From: Octopus vulgaris
Taxonomy: Eukaryota
Assembly: GCA_951406725.2 (NCBI GenBank)
Contig: OX597820.1
Coordinates: 23,622,001 to 23,686,000 of the forward strand
DNA: 64,000 nucleotides
Reading direction: 5' to 3'
This document shows, one piece after another, positions 28,295 through 42,555 of the stretch. Every line of letters begins with the position of its first letter. The stretch's first letter is position 1. The translations under genes were made by a program, and so were the position numbers. The notes under the pieces were generated by a model. It made no database searches, was not told the origin of the DNA, and saw only the letters and a program-made list of their open reading frames with translations.

Positions 28295-28797
28295 CTTAGC
28301 CTCGGCGTCACCTGTAGTAATGTTGCTGGCTTGCTTCAGTAGGTTCCAATGAACCTTGTGGTGTGTGACTGACCAATTGAGACACTTTGTGTTGAATTAA
28401 TGTATTTTTATCCTTTATTTCTTTCCTTGTTCCTCTTTTTTCCATTTTCTCCCGGTTTTGAATTAATATTTTAAATGTGGTTTTGTTATTATATACGTTA
28501 TCATATAGATACATGTTATATTCCAATAAAAGTACGGCATTCTTTCGATATAACTCGAAAAAATCAAAACACTTCACTTCGGGTATTTCCTTGGAAGCAA
28601 ATGACAGTTCGATTCTGTTTTCTGCTTGGAAATTTGCGGATTTTACATATACACATGAAACAGTAAAGAACAAGGCCTTTTTTTCTTCAAGTTTAAAATA
28701 TTGCCGGCATAATTTTGTTATATCTATACTCCACAACCCACAAAAATACCCGAAGTGAAATGTTTTGATTTTATCGAGTTATATCGAAGGAATGCCA

Positions 28798-29208
28798 GGA
28801 TCTTTTTGGTTTGAACGGCAGTTTTTTCTAGCAGTGTCATATGAAATTGTCGCCCATAATTATGACCCTAGTATCGATCTATTGCATTTCAATCTGTTTT
28901 AGGGTTAGGGGTGGGGGGAAGGGTATCTTTTTTCTTCAGAATGTAAATAAACCCAATCTGTTTCTTAAACGAGGGACATATTCATACGGCACAGAATGTT
29001 TTCACCTCAATAGACGTCATTGATTGGTCGAAATTGCAGAAATTGAAGAAAAAAAAACAACAAATATTTTTACAAACTATAGAATTTTCTCAATAAAGCC
29101 AAGAGAAAAAGATGTTTTATAAACACATTCTACCAGTATACGAAGTTTAAGAGTGTTTAGTTACGTGGAAATTATTTTAAAAAACTGTCGTTCAAACCGA
29201 AAAGATCC
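28798..29208. mobile_element. MITE of the same GGATC family with a perfect 8-bp TSD
   Basis: gaatgcca|ggatctttttggtttgaacggcag ... ctgtcgttcaaaccgaaaagatcc|gaatgcca. Confidence 0.9.
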
Positions 29209-29438
29209 GAATGCCAAAAGTACTTTTAAATGTAAGAAAGAAAAAAAAAACAAGAATAAAAACAAATTTCGATTGATATAAGCGGTTAATGTTAATTTGT
29301 TTCTATTTACCGCGTGGTAAGCGACAACATGTGTTGTTTTAGTGATGGCAGCAGCCGAAATAGTCATAACAACCAATTATGATCAACACTGATAATTACA
29401 CAAATGCTGAGAGTAATTAATACATAATTCAAATTAAA

Positions 29439-29712
29439 ATGTCTTTAACACGAACTATATTCACATCTTTCAGAAGGAAACAGTTTTGTTCAGCGTGTAG
29501 ATTATCATTGTTGCATTATGACCGGGCGCCTCTTTATACAAACCAAGTGAAATGTTCAAGTCCGACGACCAGGACAATATTTACTCGACCCCAACATTCG
29601 CAGCTATCAACTACTCTCAATGGAGCCGAACCCAAAGACTGGATGTCTTCAGCTTTGCCGATGCGATACGTATTTGTAACAACATCGGAAGCTATTTGGG
29701 AAGATGTACCGG
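29439..29712 (+). CDS. Exon 1/7 of DUF1057-like alpha/beta-hydrolase gene; N-terminus resembles a mitochondrial presequence
   Basis: ATG 29439, MSLTRTIFTSFRRKQFCSACRLSLL...EAIWEDVP. Donor G|GTATTC (phase 1) joins exon 2 in frame (G+AT=Asp). The start codon is less certain than the downstream exons. Confidence 0.7.
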
Positions 29713-30287
29713 GTATTCGTCTGTTTTATGTCTTTATGTACATGTATATATCATTGTGTCCTTGACTTCCCCTCTAAATGTTTTGATTTTGGATTTAACT
29801 ATATTTAAGCATGTTAGATTCATACAATGCCAAACAACCAAATTAATTGTTCTGATGTATGAGAAACTCGTTATTTAGCCTTAATACTAACAAATTATTA
29901 TAAGGTGCAATTTATTTTGTTTCGACATTCTCCTACGTGTTTGTTATTCCTTTGATAATGTAGGCCTAGACGCACTGTCTAAAATATAATATTAATAATG
30001 ATGATGACGATAATAAAAAGCGGGGCTGAACTGGAGTTTGCCCACACACTGCAGATCGGTGTGTACACACCCGATTCGATTCAGTGACCTGCGTAAACAG
30101 AAAGCAGTTCTAGTAAAGCTTCGATCTTTACATGTTACTACCTTAATTGTTTTATTTCGCCCTCTCTGTTTTTATTGCCAGATACCTTTAACGAAGTCCA
30201 CTCTGTTGCCAGTGTTCGACTAGGTCCCTGCTTTGGGGATATTTTCCTCGCTCTCTACCTTCAACCAGTCTCGGGAGTCCTGTAAAG

Positions 30288-30541
30288 CAGGGGTCCCCAA
30301 CTACGGGGGCGGTGGATCATTTGGTATCGAACCGCACAGAAGGAATAAACTTTAAAAAATTTTGACTATTGCAGTCTGCAGGATGCTTTCGCATTATATG
30401 CATAATATATATGCATTGTATTTGTAATAATTAAATTATATATTATGCATTTCATTGTTATGTGCGTGATTCCCCGATCTGTGGAAAAAAGTATCTTCCA
30501 TGAAACCGGTCCGTTGTGTAAAAATAAGCTGGGAACTCCTG
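30288..30541. mobile_element. hAT/Charlie-like MITE
   Basis: caggggtccccaac ... gctgggaactcctg; flanks ctgtaaag/ctgcaaag (8 bp). Confidence 0.7.
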
Positions 30542-31548
30542 CTGCAAAGGATCAAGGGCACTGCTTTTGTTCTTGATTAAAAGATAAAAAAATTCTTTAT
30601 CGTATGATTTTGAAAAAGACATACGATGAGTCCATCGGTAATTAGGAATGTTTCTTACAAGATCACAAGGAGTATGTAAGGCGGCGAGCTCGCAGAATCA
30701 TTAGCACGCCGGGCAAAATGCTTAGCGGCATTTCATCCGTCTTTACGTTCCGAGTTTAAGTTCCGCCGAGGTCAGCTTTACCTTTCATCCTTTTGGGGTC
30801 GATAAAATAAGTTGCTGTCGAGTACTGGGGTTGATGTGATTGATTTAATCCTTCCCCTGAAAGCCTTGGGCCAAAATTTGAAACTAATGTTAAGAATATG
30901 TGTAAGTCGAATGGTTGACTCGATTGTAGGTAGCGGAATTTCATTAATGACTGTTAAGTTAGCGTTACAATATTTAGTGTCTTGATCAATTTTTTAAAAA
31001 AATGCTTAGGCGGCAAACGAAGATAATATTGATTTCAAATTCTGGCACGAGGCCAGCAATTTCGTGGTAGGGGATAAATCAATTACATTGACCCCAGTGT
31101 TCGCCTGGTACTTATTTTTACCGAAAGCATGAAAGGCAAAGTCTACCTTTGCGGAATTTGAACTGAGAACGTAAAGACGGACGAAGTGCCGCTAAGCATT
31201 TTGTCCAGCTTGCTAAGAGAAGGCAATATTCATCCCGTGAGTACTATTTCTATAATTTCAGCAACCAGGGGGAATAACTCCAGATATATTCCATAATTTG
31301 AATAACTCATTAGCCTTCACTCAGTTTTCTCTGTCCCAAATCCATTAGTCAATCTTTCCTCTTTAGAACCCCCTCCTTCTGGAACTATTGCCGATGTTCT
31401 ATCCTCTGCCATTAATCTTAGTATGTAGACATTGACTACACTAACCTCACCTGGATCCCCTAGTTTACGCAGATAAAATCTAAAAGAGCTGTTGGCACTA
31501 CTTCTTATTGAATTATTAAATTCTCCATTCAAAAGTGAAATATGTTAG

Positions 31549-31589
31549 TTTGCCCTGATGAAGAACAAAAGTCCAAAACTTTGGACAAA
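31549..31589 (+). ncRNA. Decayed hammerhead motif
   Basis: tttgcc-CTGATGA-a-gaac aaaa gtcc-AAAA(G12 lost)-ctt-t-ggacaaa; stem I tttgcc/ggacaaa with one bulge. Confidence 0.5.
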
Positions 31590-33037
31590 ACCCTTCATTT
31601 CTCTCCAACAAATTATTCTGCCTATAATGCAAAACTTTTCACTTCCTCACAACAGACTATGTTATTCCACATAGACCAACACTACTTTCATCGGATCCTA
31701 CTGTTCACTTCAGTAACTTTTTACATCAGGGTCAAAGCACATATTTTGTTACCATATTTCTGTTGACGTATACTGCCTTTTCTTTCACTCATATTTGAAA
31801 ATAATGAAAAATTGGGAAAATAACTTCGCCATTGTTATGCTAGTGCTTGGAACATAAACTAACATGAAATTTTGGTAGGAAATTTTAGATCACTTTAAAG
31901 GAATTTGTATCATAGAACCAATGGGTTGACATCGAAGGAACCATATGATAATGAAGTCCTAGATACTTTAGTTTAGTCTCTTTACTCTTTCCTCTTTTAC
32001 TTGTTTCAGTCATTTGACAGTGGCCATGCTGGAGCACTGCCTTTAGTCGAGCTAATCGACCCTAGGACTTATTCTTTGTAAGCCTAGTACTTATTCTATC
32101 AGTCTCTTTTGCCGAACCACTAAGTTACAGGGACATAAACACACCAGCATTGGTTGTCAAGTGATGTTGGTGGGGACAAACACAGACACACAAACATATC
32201 GACACACATACATACATATATATATGACGATGATGATGATATACATACATATATACGACGGGCTTCATTCAATTTCCGTCTACCAAATCCACTCGCAAGG
32301 CTTTGGTTGGCCCGAGACTATAGTGGAAGACACTTGCCCAAGGTGTCACGCAGTGGGACTGAACCTGGAACCATGTGGTTGGTAAGCAAGCTACTTACCA
32401 CACAGCCACTCCTGCACCTATATAATCTCTTCTGTTGGTGATATCTGTTAATCACTTGAATTGACCCATGCTTGTTACTTATATTAGCCACCAGAGATGC
32501 TAAGTTAACCCTAGCAGTATTTAAATTTGTTATAATGGTAAGAAATTAATAACTTAGATATTTCACTGCTCTTTTAGTTGAATTAACTAATGAATTTTTT
32601 TTTAAAGCCTGTGTCTGTCAACCTAAGACAAGTAAAATTAGAAGCAACTACTCTTCCCTTCACAAAGTCAACCCTGTGTTTGTTACACAATATTAATACT
32701 TTGTTACACATGATACACATGAATGTTGGGTTTTGATAAGTACTGCTATAACACAGAATGAGAGACCCTGTTGAATGCTTTCTGCCCGTTGGTGAATCCT
32801 AAGTATAGCAGCTTACTTTTAACGACATACTTCCCCCTGCAAGTGTATCACCAGGAAGAGAGCATTAGCATAATTTTTCCTGACATAAAACTAAACTGCA
32901 CCTCATGCAAGGCTAACTCTCTTCCTAATTAATTTAGCTATAGCTCTTTCTATGATTTTCATGACCTAGTCCAGTAATATATATACATATAGAAGAAAGT
33001 GAAAGAGGTACAGTGAACTTACCATGAGGAATGGAAT

Positions 33038-33073
33038 ATCCAATGTTTCAGATTCAATCCTTCGTCAGGGGAC
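33038..33073 (-). ncRNA. Hammerhead-like motif
   Basis: Minus strand gtccc-CTGACGA-a-ggat tga atct-GAAA-ca-TT-ggat. Confidence 0.6.
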
Positions 33074-33159
33074 AGCGAAACAGAATTTACATCCTCTCAG
33101 CTTGAAAAAACCGGATGCAACTCAAGACTTTTCTTTTTCCCTCTCTTCTGACTGTATAT

Positions 33160-33202
<43 letters not shown>

Positions 33203-33272
33203 TTCCTTCCTGAGTGTCCAATAATACTATATTTGTTCCACGTCCTCGCATTGTTGTGTTTTCATGTTTGGA

Positions 33273-33560
<288 letters not shown>

Positions 33561-34371
33561 AGGGGGGAAAATATGAAAAATCAATGAAAATGTACATTGT
33601 AAATAAAAAAAGAAAAGACTTTTTATGACAGGTAACAACAAATATATACATTTAGATGGACTGAGGTAGTCATAAAAGTAATAAAAGTCATTATTATGAG
33701 ATGATTAAAAAGTCAGAAAGCAAAGCATACCATGGTTTCGTGAAAGCTATTTTCTTTTTGTAACATATTTCTACTATATATATACATACATACATACATA
33801 CATACATATACATATATATACACACACACATACACATATAGATGGGAGAGTGCTAAAAAGTTCCTGCGTATCATGAAAGGCCTGTTTGGAGGCCCAGCCC
33901 TCCGAGTTCTTTTACAGAGCTTAGAAAAACTGAAGGACCGCTGCAATAAGTGTGTGAATCTTAGAGGGGAATATATTGAATAAAATCATAATTAACTGAT
34001 CCTCCTGTATTTTCTTTTACCCAAAGCCAGGAACTTTCCAACACCCCTTCATATATATGTGTGTGTGTGTGTAGAATCAACTTAATGGTAGTTTGATGAA
34101 GTGCCACTGTGATATACATACAAACTGCGGAACTTTTTGCACAAAATCGTTTATATGCAATATGGTTAGAAATTTAGAAACAGAATAGCACAGAAATAAT
34201 TGCTATGAATAATAAAGTTGCCCTATACAAAGTCTTCGTCTTCTTTCTTATATGTATTCTATGTGTTGTGTTGTGTGTGTGTATAATGTATGGATGTCTG
34301 CATGTATGTATGTGTTTGCCATTTTGCTTTTGAAAAAGTTTTTCCAGAAATGTTTTTATTTTTATTCTTAG

Positions 34372-34545
34372 ATGGATTTGTTTTTGATACTGGCTATGTG
34401 GATTCCCATGCTGGTTCTCATTATGACCCTAAACTTCCTTTGATTCTTGCTGTCCATAACCTCATGTCCAGCCACGAAGATCTTATTCCACTCTTGGCAC
34501 CATTAGTCTTGAAAAATTACCGAGTTATTGCAGTTAATCTTCCAA
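34372..34545 (+). CDS. Exon 2/7 alpha/beta-hydrolase-like gene
   Basis: Acceptor ttcttag|; GFVFDTGYVDSHAGSHYDPKLPLILAVHNLMSSHEDLIPLLAPLVLKNYRVIAVNLP; donor A|GTAAGT phase 1. RVIAVNLP is typical of this fold. Confidence 0.9.
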
Positions 34546-35406
34546 GTAAGTACAGCTGTAACTTTATTGAAGTATATTATATGATTATTGTTGTTTAACC
34601 CCTGGTCAGTTCTCATCAGGCTGCCCTATTATCAAATGTATTCCAATCATAGCCATCCTGACATTTTAGAGTATGTCGGACTGCATTATTCTGTTTTCTT
34701 TAAGCCTTTAGCATTCACATTACTCTGTCAAATATAATACTTATTTATTCACATTTTCAACTAATCGTTTATCATCTTGCAGTGTTGAGATTTTGATGAT
34801 GTGATTGTAAATTTTCAAAATGACATTGTAGGGTAGGTGTGAGAGGCAAGATCTGGCCTGTTTGAACATAAAACAGGTAGAACATTTGGGCCAGATTAAA
34901 TGCTAAAGGGTTAAGACAGTAATGTTTTAATCTGAGGGAGATTTTGCTGCTGTTTCTAACAGGTTATATAATTATTTAGAAGCTTCTTTTATTTATAAGG
35001 TGATTTATTTACGTTACATGAGACAAAGAATGTTCTTATAAAGATGCACTTTGATTTGAAGGAATTAATGTTGGAGATTGGGTCGTTACCTGCTTTATTT
35101 TGGCACCGTACTGGTCTATCACATGATTTGTACATCTGAGTAAAATGGCCTTCTTTTCTTCTCACATTTATGAAGTATGATATTTCTTGTTGGGCATTTT
35201 CTGCAGTCATGTCTATACTCTGCCCCTCCCCACAAAAAACACATGAGCACAGGTATAGTTGTGTGGTAAAAAGTTTGATTACCAATCACATGTTTCTGGA
35301 TTCAGTTCCAGTGTGTGGCCCCATGAGCAAGTGTCTTCTACTTTAGCTTAGGACTGACCAAGGCCTTGTGAGTGATTTTAGTAGACAGAAACTAAAAGAT
35401 GCCTGT

Positions 35407-35449
<43 letters not shown>

Positions 35450-35655
35450 AGTAATCATTTTATAATTGGGTATACACCTTGTAGTATGCTGTTTAAAGCC
35501 TGTTTACAGTATTTGGCTATCTGATGTCATCAATTGTATGGAAGTATATGTCACTAGATTTACTTCAGAAATTCCTTTGTGTTCATAGAATTTATAAAAT
35601 AAGACACAAAGAAAATGGAATTCATGAGATACTTTATTATTCACTATGATTACTT

Positions 35656-36231
35656 ATAAAACATATTTTACTCTTAGCGTTTTTGAGAAAAGCTTATATT
35701 TAGGAAGTTATTTCATGTTAAAGTTGTAGTATTTCGGCAATTTCAACCAATCAATGACGTGTATTCAGCTGAATAAAATTACTGCCGTTGTTTGTCAACA
35801 ACAACTATCGGTGGTGTATTTTTCGTTTGTCACTGTTATTTATGACAACCCTAACCCTAACACCTTAACCCTAACTCTAACCCTAAAACCCTAACCCTAT
35901 AACCCTAACCCTAAAACCTTAAAGCTAAAACCAGTACAAACACATGAACAATGTCATAAATAACAGTGACAAACAAAAATTACACTGCCGATAGTTGTTG
36001 TTGACAAACAACGGCAGTAATTTTATTCAGCTGAATACACGTCATTGATTGGTTGAAATTACCGAAATAGGCCTACTTTGACATGAAATTACTTCATAAA
36101 TATAAGTTTTTCTCAAAAATGCTAAGAGTAAAACATGTTTTATATGACACATTCTACCAGTGTCCAAAATTTGAAAGTGTTTAGTTACAAAAAATTATTT
36201 TTTAAATCTGTCGGTCAAAAGGTAAAGATCC
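35656..36231. mobile_element. Fold-back MITE of the GGATC family (left end truncated) with a (TAACCC)n centre
   Basis: Inverted arms around 35848-35915 telomere-like repeats; right end aaagatcc. Confidence 0.8.
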
Positions 36232-36565
36232 AAATAACCTAAAACAATAGCATTCGCCTTCAACAATAACTAGGATTTAATATTTCTAAAAAGAAAGGCA
36301 GCAATCTGGCAGAGTAATTACCATGCTAGATGAAATGCTTAGTGGCATTTCTGACTCTTTACATTCTGAGTCAACTGAAGTCAACTTTCGCCTAAGTCGA
36401 CTTTGCCTTTCATCCTTTCAGAGTTGATAAAATAAGTACCAGTTGAGCACTGGGGGTTGATGTAATTGTCTTACCTTCTCCCTTCAAAATTACTGGCCCT
36501 GTGCCAAAATTAAGAAAGAATATTTCCAAAAATAATCATTGCTTATTCGGTGATTTTATTTTCAG

Positions 36566-36677
36566 GTTCCGTCTATACAAAAGGTGTTGGTTTAGGCCAT
36601 GATGATGGTTTCCAACACTCCACTACTGAGAATGCAGAATTTATTTTTGATTTTCTAAAAGAGCTGAAAATTCCAAG
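36566..36677 (+). CDS. Exon 3/7 alpha/beta-hydrolase-like gene
   Basis: Acceptor ttttcag|; (S)SVYTKGVGLGHDDGFQHSTTENAEFIFDFLKELKIP(R); donor AG|GTAACT phase 2. Confidence 0.9.
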
Positions 36678-37649
36678 GTAACTATTACCATTTGATAAAT
36701 TTCTTTATTTGACAAATTGTCAAATTCATGTAATCATGACGTTAAATGATAATGACGATGATGTGTTGGGTGTGTGTGTGTGTATGTGTCGTATTTATTT
36801 ATTTATCTAGGCATGTGCAAGTATCTTCTACTATAGCCTGGAGCATATATACGACGGGCTTCTTTGAGATTCCGTCTACCAAATCCACTCACAAGGCTTT
36901 GGTCGGCCTAAGGCTATAGTAGACGACACTTGCCCAAGATGCCACGCAGTGGGACTGAACCCGGAACCATGTGGTTCGGAAGCAAGCTACTTACCACATA
37001 GTCACTCCTACGCCTATACCATTTAATTAGTTTTGTTCTTATTTTTGTGTACTCTTTGTGTTATTTTTGGTTAGCATTTTTTTCTTCCTTTTTTCACTTG
37101 CTGGAAGAAGGGCCATGCCCTATGGTCGTTGCAGGCTGTTCTTTGTAAATAAACACCTGCAGGAAAGTCATGAACAGGGAGGTAATTGTAGAGGGTTGAA
37201 ACCCTGGGAAGGAAGGACTTGATGTCATGATAAGAGAGCGTGTGTGTGCGTCTGTAGATAGATAGAGAGAGAAAGAGAGATAGGCAGCGTTCATCAATAA
37301 AATGAAAAGGTTTTTGTTGAGAGAGAGCGAGAGGCGCTGTTTGATACCACTCCCTCTCTTATTGTTATTGCCATTTTGTTTCTTCTCTTTTTTACTCTTA
37401 CTTTGACTGCTACTTCCTCTTTGCGTAATTTAGGACAAACTTACAAACAAGCTCATTATTATAATAGATAGGAAAATTCTAATATCACGACTTTCTTTCA
37501 CCTGCTGACATAACTCCAATTCTGCATTTTTTTAAATAATTTTTTTACATTTTGCATTAATGCAGATATGTAAATAATTTCAGTGTGGAAGGTGTTTATA
37601 AGAAACACACAAAAACCATTAGATTCACTTCAACATTTAAATTTAATTT

Positions 37650-37694
37650 GTCAAAATATTTTCGGCGCTTTGAGACTGCGACCTATTCACTGAC
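37650..37694 (-). ncRNA. Non-canonical hammerhead-like motif (G3/U8 core)
   Basis: Minus strand gtca-GTGAATA-ggtcgc...gcgcc-GAAA-atat-TT-tgac; stem I gtca/tgac, palindromic AATATT stem III. Confidence 0.5.
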
Positions 37695-38109
37695 TTGCAC
37701 GCTGCAATTGTTTTCGTTCCAGCACACGATCTCAGATCAGGTCACTTGCTATGCAAGTACATCTCCGTAAATGTAAATAATTTATTTATTATTAAATATA
37801 ACAATATAAATTATTTACATGTTGTTGTTAAGTTATGAAACAATTTGTTGTCATATTAGAATTTTCTTACTGTTAAATAAGATTTTATCAAACTGATTTT
37901 CTGTCATTACTTTATATATATATACACACACACACATCATATAAAGTGAGAGAGAGTATATTTATCATTTATTTGTTCATTTAACAGGTTTTTTCCATGA
38001 TAGCATGGGTTATATTTATACACATGACGTTTGCAATTGACAGTATGATAATGTTTATGCAGAATTGTCCTTTTAATTTTCTTCTTAATATTTCTCTTTC
38101 TCCCACAAG

Positions 38110-38226
38110 GGTCGATGTATTACTTGGCCATGGCACTGGATGTTACCCTGTTGTTCGCTTATGTGCGGAACGTGATCTGTTTAAGTCTGCAGCATTAATT
38201 TCTCCTGCAGGTCACGTACCATGCCC
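38110..38226 (+). CDS. Exon 4/7, nucleophile-elbow exon (GHGTG)
   Basis: Polypyrimidine tract then cacaag|; VDVLLGHGTGCYPVVRLCAERDLFKSAALISPAGHVPC(P); donor CC|GTCAGT phase 2. Confidence 0.9.
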
Positions 38227-38391
38227 GTCAGTATTATTTTAATTCTATATGCACCTTTTTTTGTTCATACCATACACATTCCAAATCTATCCTTATTCAA
38301 CAGATCTATAATTAAAAGTATTTTAGCTATGAACATCTCATCATTTTGGAATGAAGCATTATTTATCTGGTATTACATTGTCCTTGATATA

Positions 38392-38608
38392 TGAAGGGGT
38401 GCTGAAAAGTTCCTGGCTTCGGTTCAAAGAAAATACAGGAGGATCAGTTAATTATGATTATATTCAACATATTCCCCTCTCAGATTCACACACTTGCTGC
38501 AGTGGTCCTTCAGTTTTTCTAAGCCCTGTAAAACAATTTAGAAAGTTGGGCCTCCAACTAGGCCTTTTGCGATACCCTTAAAGCCAGGAATTTTTCAGCA
38601 CTCCTTCA
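38392..38608. mobile_element. mariner-like MITE (TA TSD)
   Basis: TA|tgaaggggtgctgaaaagttcctggct ... agccaggaatttttcagcactccttca|TA. A second copy lies at ~33843-34051. Confidence 0.8.
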
Positions 38609-40826
38609 TATGTGTCTTTCTATTTTTATGCTTATAGAGCATGATTTGAGGGAGAATTGGGTGCTATCTTTAGCAGGCCAAACGACTATGTAGAGGCTCC
38701 CTTGTTTTCACATATTCTTATAGGTAATTTTAGTGAGTGGAAGAGTAATTTGGGTAACTCTATGCCATTTGTTCCAACAATGAAAAGCTAGCATGACTTT
38801 TTTGTGAGTCACCTCTGGCTTCCCACCTTATCTTCAGCCACACATTCATCTGTGATGTGTGATTATTTATAGTGTTAGTGATAACTATTGTTAGCATGAG
38901 TATCTTAGGCACATACCTTGTAAAATGCACCACACAGTTCATGATAACAATCATGTAGTCAGTAGCTCACCTGCTCTCCCTCTATATGTAACTCTGCATA
39001 CATACTAGCATGTCTGTCTGTTTATCTTGCTCTCTCCAGGGTTTTCTGTGGTCAAGATTAATCATGAATCTGTATAGATTTGAGCAAGGTTTATTTTGTG
39101 GAAGACTAGCAGTTGCCCATACATGCACATTTTCCCTTTCTCTATGGCACCAGTGTCATCCAAGGAAATGGCTTTTCTCAAAGTTAGTACTGTTTGGCAC
39201 ATGTTCCATTATAACACAAAAAGTCAGTGTAGATGCTGCAAGACATCCCATCCAATGCTTGAACACTTCTTATTTCTTTATTGCCTACAAGGGGCTAAAC
39301 ATAGTGGGGACCAGTGCATAACTGGTACTTAATTTATCGACCTCGAAAGGATGAAAGGCAAAGTTGACCTCAGCGGAATTTGAACCCAGAACATAACAGC
39401 GTGCTAACGGTTCTGCCAAATCCACTGCCCTGGATTGGTAGTTTTTTAATTGACCTGATACAAATAGCAGTCAAATTTTCTTCAAATCACATCCAGCTAT
39501 CTTAACCGTTTTATTATTATTTTTCTTTGTTTCAAACAATTTTTTAAATAATGAAGAATTTAGTAAAATAACATTGTCATTATAAAGCTGGTGTTTGGTG
39601 CACAAATTAACATGGAAGTATGATGAGAAAGTTTTAATTTAAATCACTTTAACCCTTTTGCATTTAAACTGGCCATATCCAGCCCAAATATTCTACTTGT
39701 TTTATGGTAAAACTGTACAGATCCAGCTTCCAACTCCTATTCTACAAAGTAATTTTAAAGATAAACAATCACATCATTGAAATCTTGAATCCACAAGATA
39801 ATGCATGACTAATTCAAAACAATGTGAATTAATAAGCATTACATTTGACAGAGGTGGAGGCGCAATGGCCCAGTGGTTAGGGCAGTGGACTCATGGGCGG
39901 AGGATCGTGGTTTCGATTCCTAGACTGGGCATTGTATGTGTTTATTGAGCAAAAACACCTAAAAAGCTCCATGAGGCTTTGGCGGGGTGGGGGGTGACTC
40001 CTGTTGTACTCTTTTGCTCCAACTTTTTCTCACTCTTTCTTCCTGTTTCTTGAGTGCTGCGATGGACTGGCGTCCCATCCAGCTGGGAGGGAACACATAC
40101 GCCACAGAAACCCGGAAACTGGACCCATGAGCCTGGCTAGGCTTGAAAAGGGTGCATAAATAAAAAATAAACATTTGACAGAGTAATCTCAATACTAAAG
40201 GGTTGATAAAGCAAGTTTGTTTCATATAACCAAGGGCAGTCTCAGATGGGTTGGTTTCAAAAGGGTTAAAAAGGAAGATGTATAACAATGAAGTCCTAGA
40301 TACTTTAATTTAGGCTACATCACCTCATTTGTTTGAGATCGTTTGCTACTTTAGAGTCTTATTTCATCATAAACATACATATAAGCGTGCCTATATTCAT
40401 CATCATCATCATCGTTGTTTAACGTCCGTTTTCCATGCTAGCATGGTTTGGACCTCTTAAATACAGCGGGGATCACCACCACCCCCTGCTGGAGCCTCGT
40501 GGAGCTTTAGGTGTTTTTGCTCAATAAACACTCACAACGCCTGGTCTGGAAATCAAAACTGCGATCCTACAACCGCAAGTCCGCTGCCCTAACCACTGGG
40601 CCATTGTGCCTCTACAAGTAATTCATTCTCTATTTTTCTTCAGTGACTCTTATCAAGGTTTTTTTTTATTTTACACCTACAGACTAGTCACTGGTACCTT
40701 ACTGTACTATAACTGTGAAATCAATTATTCTTTCAGCTTAGTAAAAAAAATATAAAAATCCCAAATATTTAATAATTATATGGATTTATTTTCCTATTGT
40801 TTCTTTTTGTTTTATAATATACACAG

Positions 40827-41004
40827 AGGAGTCCAACCTCACTCACGCTACAAGTTATTCACAGAAGTATGGGATGTACCCTACCTTCGAGCTTTTACAA
40901 AAGTTTTTGTCTATCTATGGAAACTCAAGAATGGTTACAAGGAATATCCAACAGAAAGCGTTATAAGGGGTTTCTTCACAATCAGTGGTATAGACTTCGA
41001 TAGT
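40827..41004 (+). CDS. Exon 5/7 alpha/beta-hydrolase-like gene (cap region)
   Basis: Acceptor acacag|; GVQPHSRYKLFTEVWDVPYLRAFTKVFVYLWKLKNGYKEYPTESVIRGFFTISGIDFDS; donor |GTAAGT phase 0. Confidence 0.9.
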
Positions 41005-42516
41005 GTAAGTATAGTTATTATTTATTTTGATACTGATAAAGATTATTTTATTTACTTTTTTTAGTTGTACTTGCTTGGCAAGTAACTTGTTCTGGATTCA
41101 TGTGTTGAAACTGATTCAAATACATTATGAAAGTGACATTTCAGCTTTTTAAAAATATGCTTAGGTACAGTCTATGTGATAAGAAGCTTGCTTTCCAACC
41201 ACATGGTTCCAGGTTCAGTCCCACTGCATGGCACCTTAACCTTCTACTGTAGTCTTTTATTATAACCTCAGGCAGACTAAAGCCTTGTTTGCTAGATGGA
41301 AACTGAAAGAAGGTCATCATATATATGTGTGTGTGTGTGTGTGTTTGTCCCCCACTAGCACTTGACAACTGGTGTTGGTGTATTTATGTCCCCATAACTG
41401 AGTGGTTCAACAAAATAGACCAATAGAGTAAGTATCGGGCTTTAAAAAACTATAAGTACTGGGCTCTATTCATTCAACTAAAACAAATTATTCAAGGCGG
41501 TGCCTCTGCATGACCATCCTCTAATGACAGAAACAAGTAAAAGATAAAAGATATTCTGTTAATTTCACTTTTATGAGTATGTGTCTTCCACTGTAACTCT
41601 AGGCTGACTGAGGCCTTATGGGTATTTTTTGGTAGATGGAAACCAAAGAAGCTTATCATATATATGTGTGTGTGTGTTTTTGTATCTCCTTATCTTGACA
41701 TCACAGGATAGCTATAAATGAACATCACTGTCATGTCAAAGTGTCCTTCATTTCCAGTCTTCTGTGAAAAACATATCTCAGCATAGGTAAATGTTATGTT
41801 TCTTGGAAACAGGTGAGGGTTGGCAACAGGGAGAGCATCTTGCTGTAGAAAATCTGCCTCAGTGAATCCCATCTGATCCATGCAAGAATGGAAAAGTGGA
41901 CATTAAACAATGATCACTATATATATATATACATGTCACCCCAATTAGGCAGACCTTAAAAAAATAGACCCCCGTGGGACATTCCCTGGGATTAGGGGAG
42001 TTGCTGGTTTGAGTTTCGTTGTCCTTGCACCAATGGTTTAGGAGGAGTTAACAAACATAAAAACCTAACAGACAGAGAAACATCACTCAAATTTATATTA
42101 AGATGATTTATAGGTGCAGGTGTGGCTGTGTGGTAAGAAGCTTGATTCCCAACCACATGGTTCTGGGTTCAGTCCTATTGCGTGGCACCATGGGCAAGTG
42201 TCTTCTACTATAGCCTCAGGCCAACCAAAGCCTTGTGAGTGGATTTGGTAGAAAGAAACTGAAAGAAGTCCATCGTATATATGTATACAATATATATATA
42301 TATATAGAGAGACAGAGAGAGATCGATCTGTGTATGTGTCTTTGTGACTGTGTTTGTCCCCCCCTCCACTACTTAACTTGTGCTGTTGTGTTTACGTCCC
42401 TGTAACTTAGTGGTTCAGCAAAAGAATAATTACTAGGCTTACAAAGAATAAGTCCTTTAAGGTGGTGCTCCAGCATGGCTGCAGTCAAATGACTGAAACA
42501 AGTAAAAGAATAAAAG

Positions 42517-42555
<39 letters not shown>

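Noticed and set aside
38132-38134. A-to-I editing restoring the catalytic serine
   Set aside because: Editing converts AGC to GGC, not the reverse, so genomic GGC cannot be recoded to Ser.
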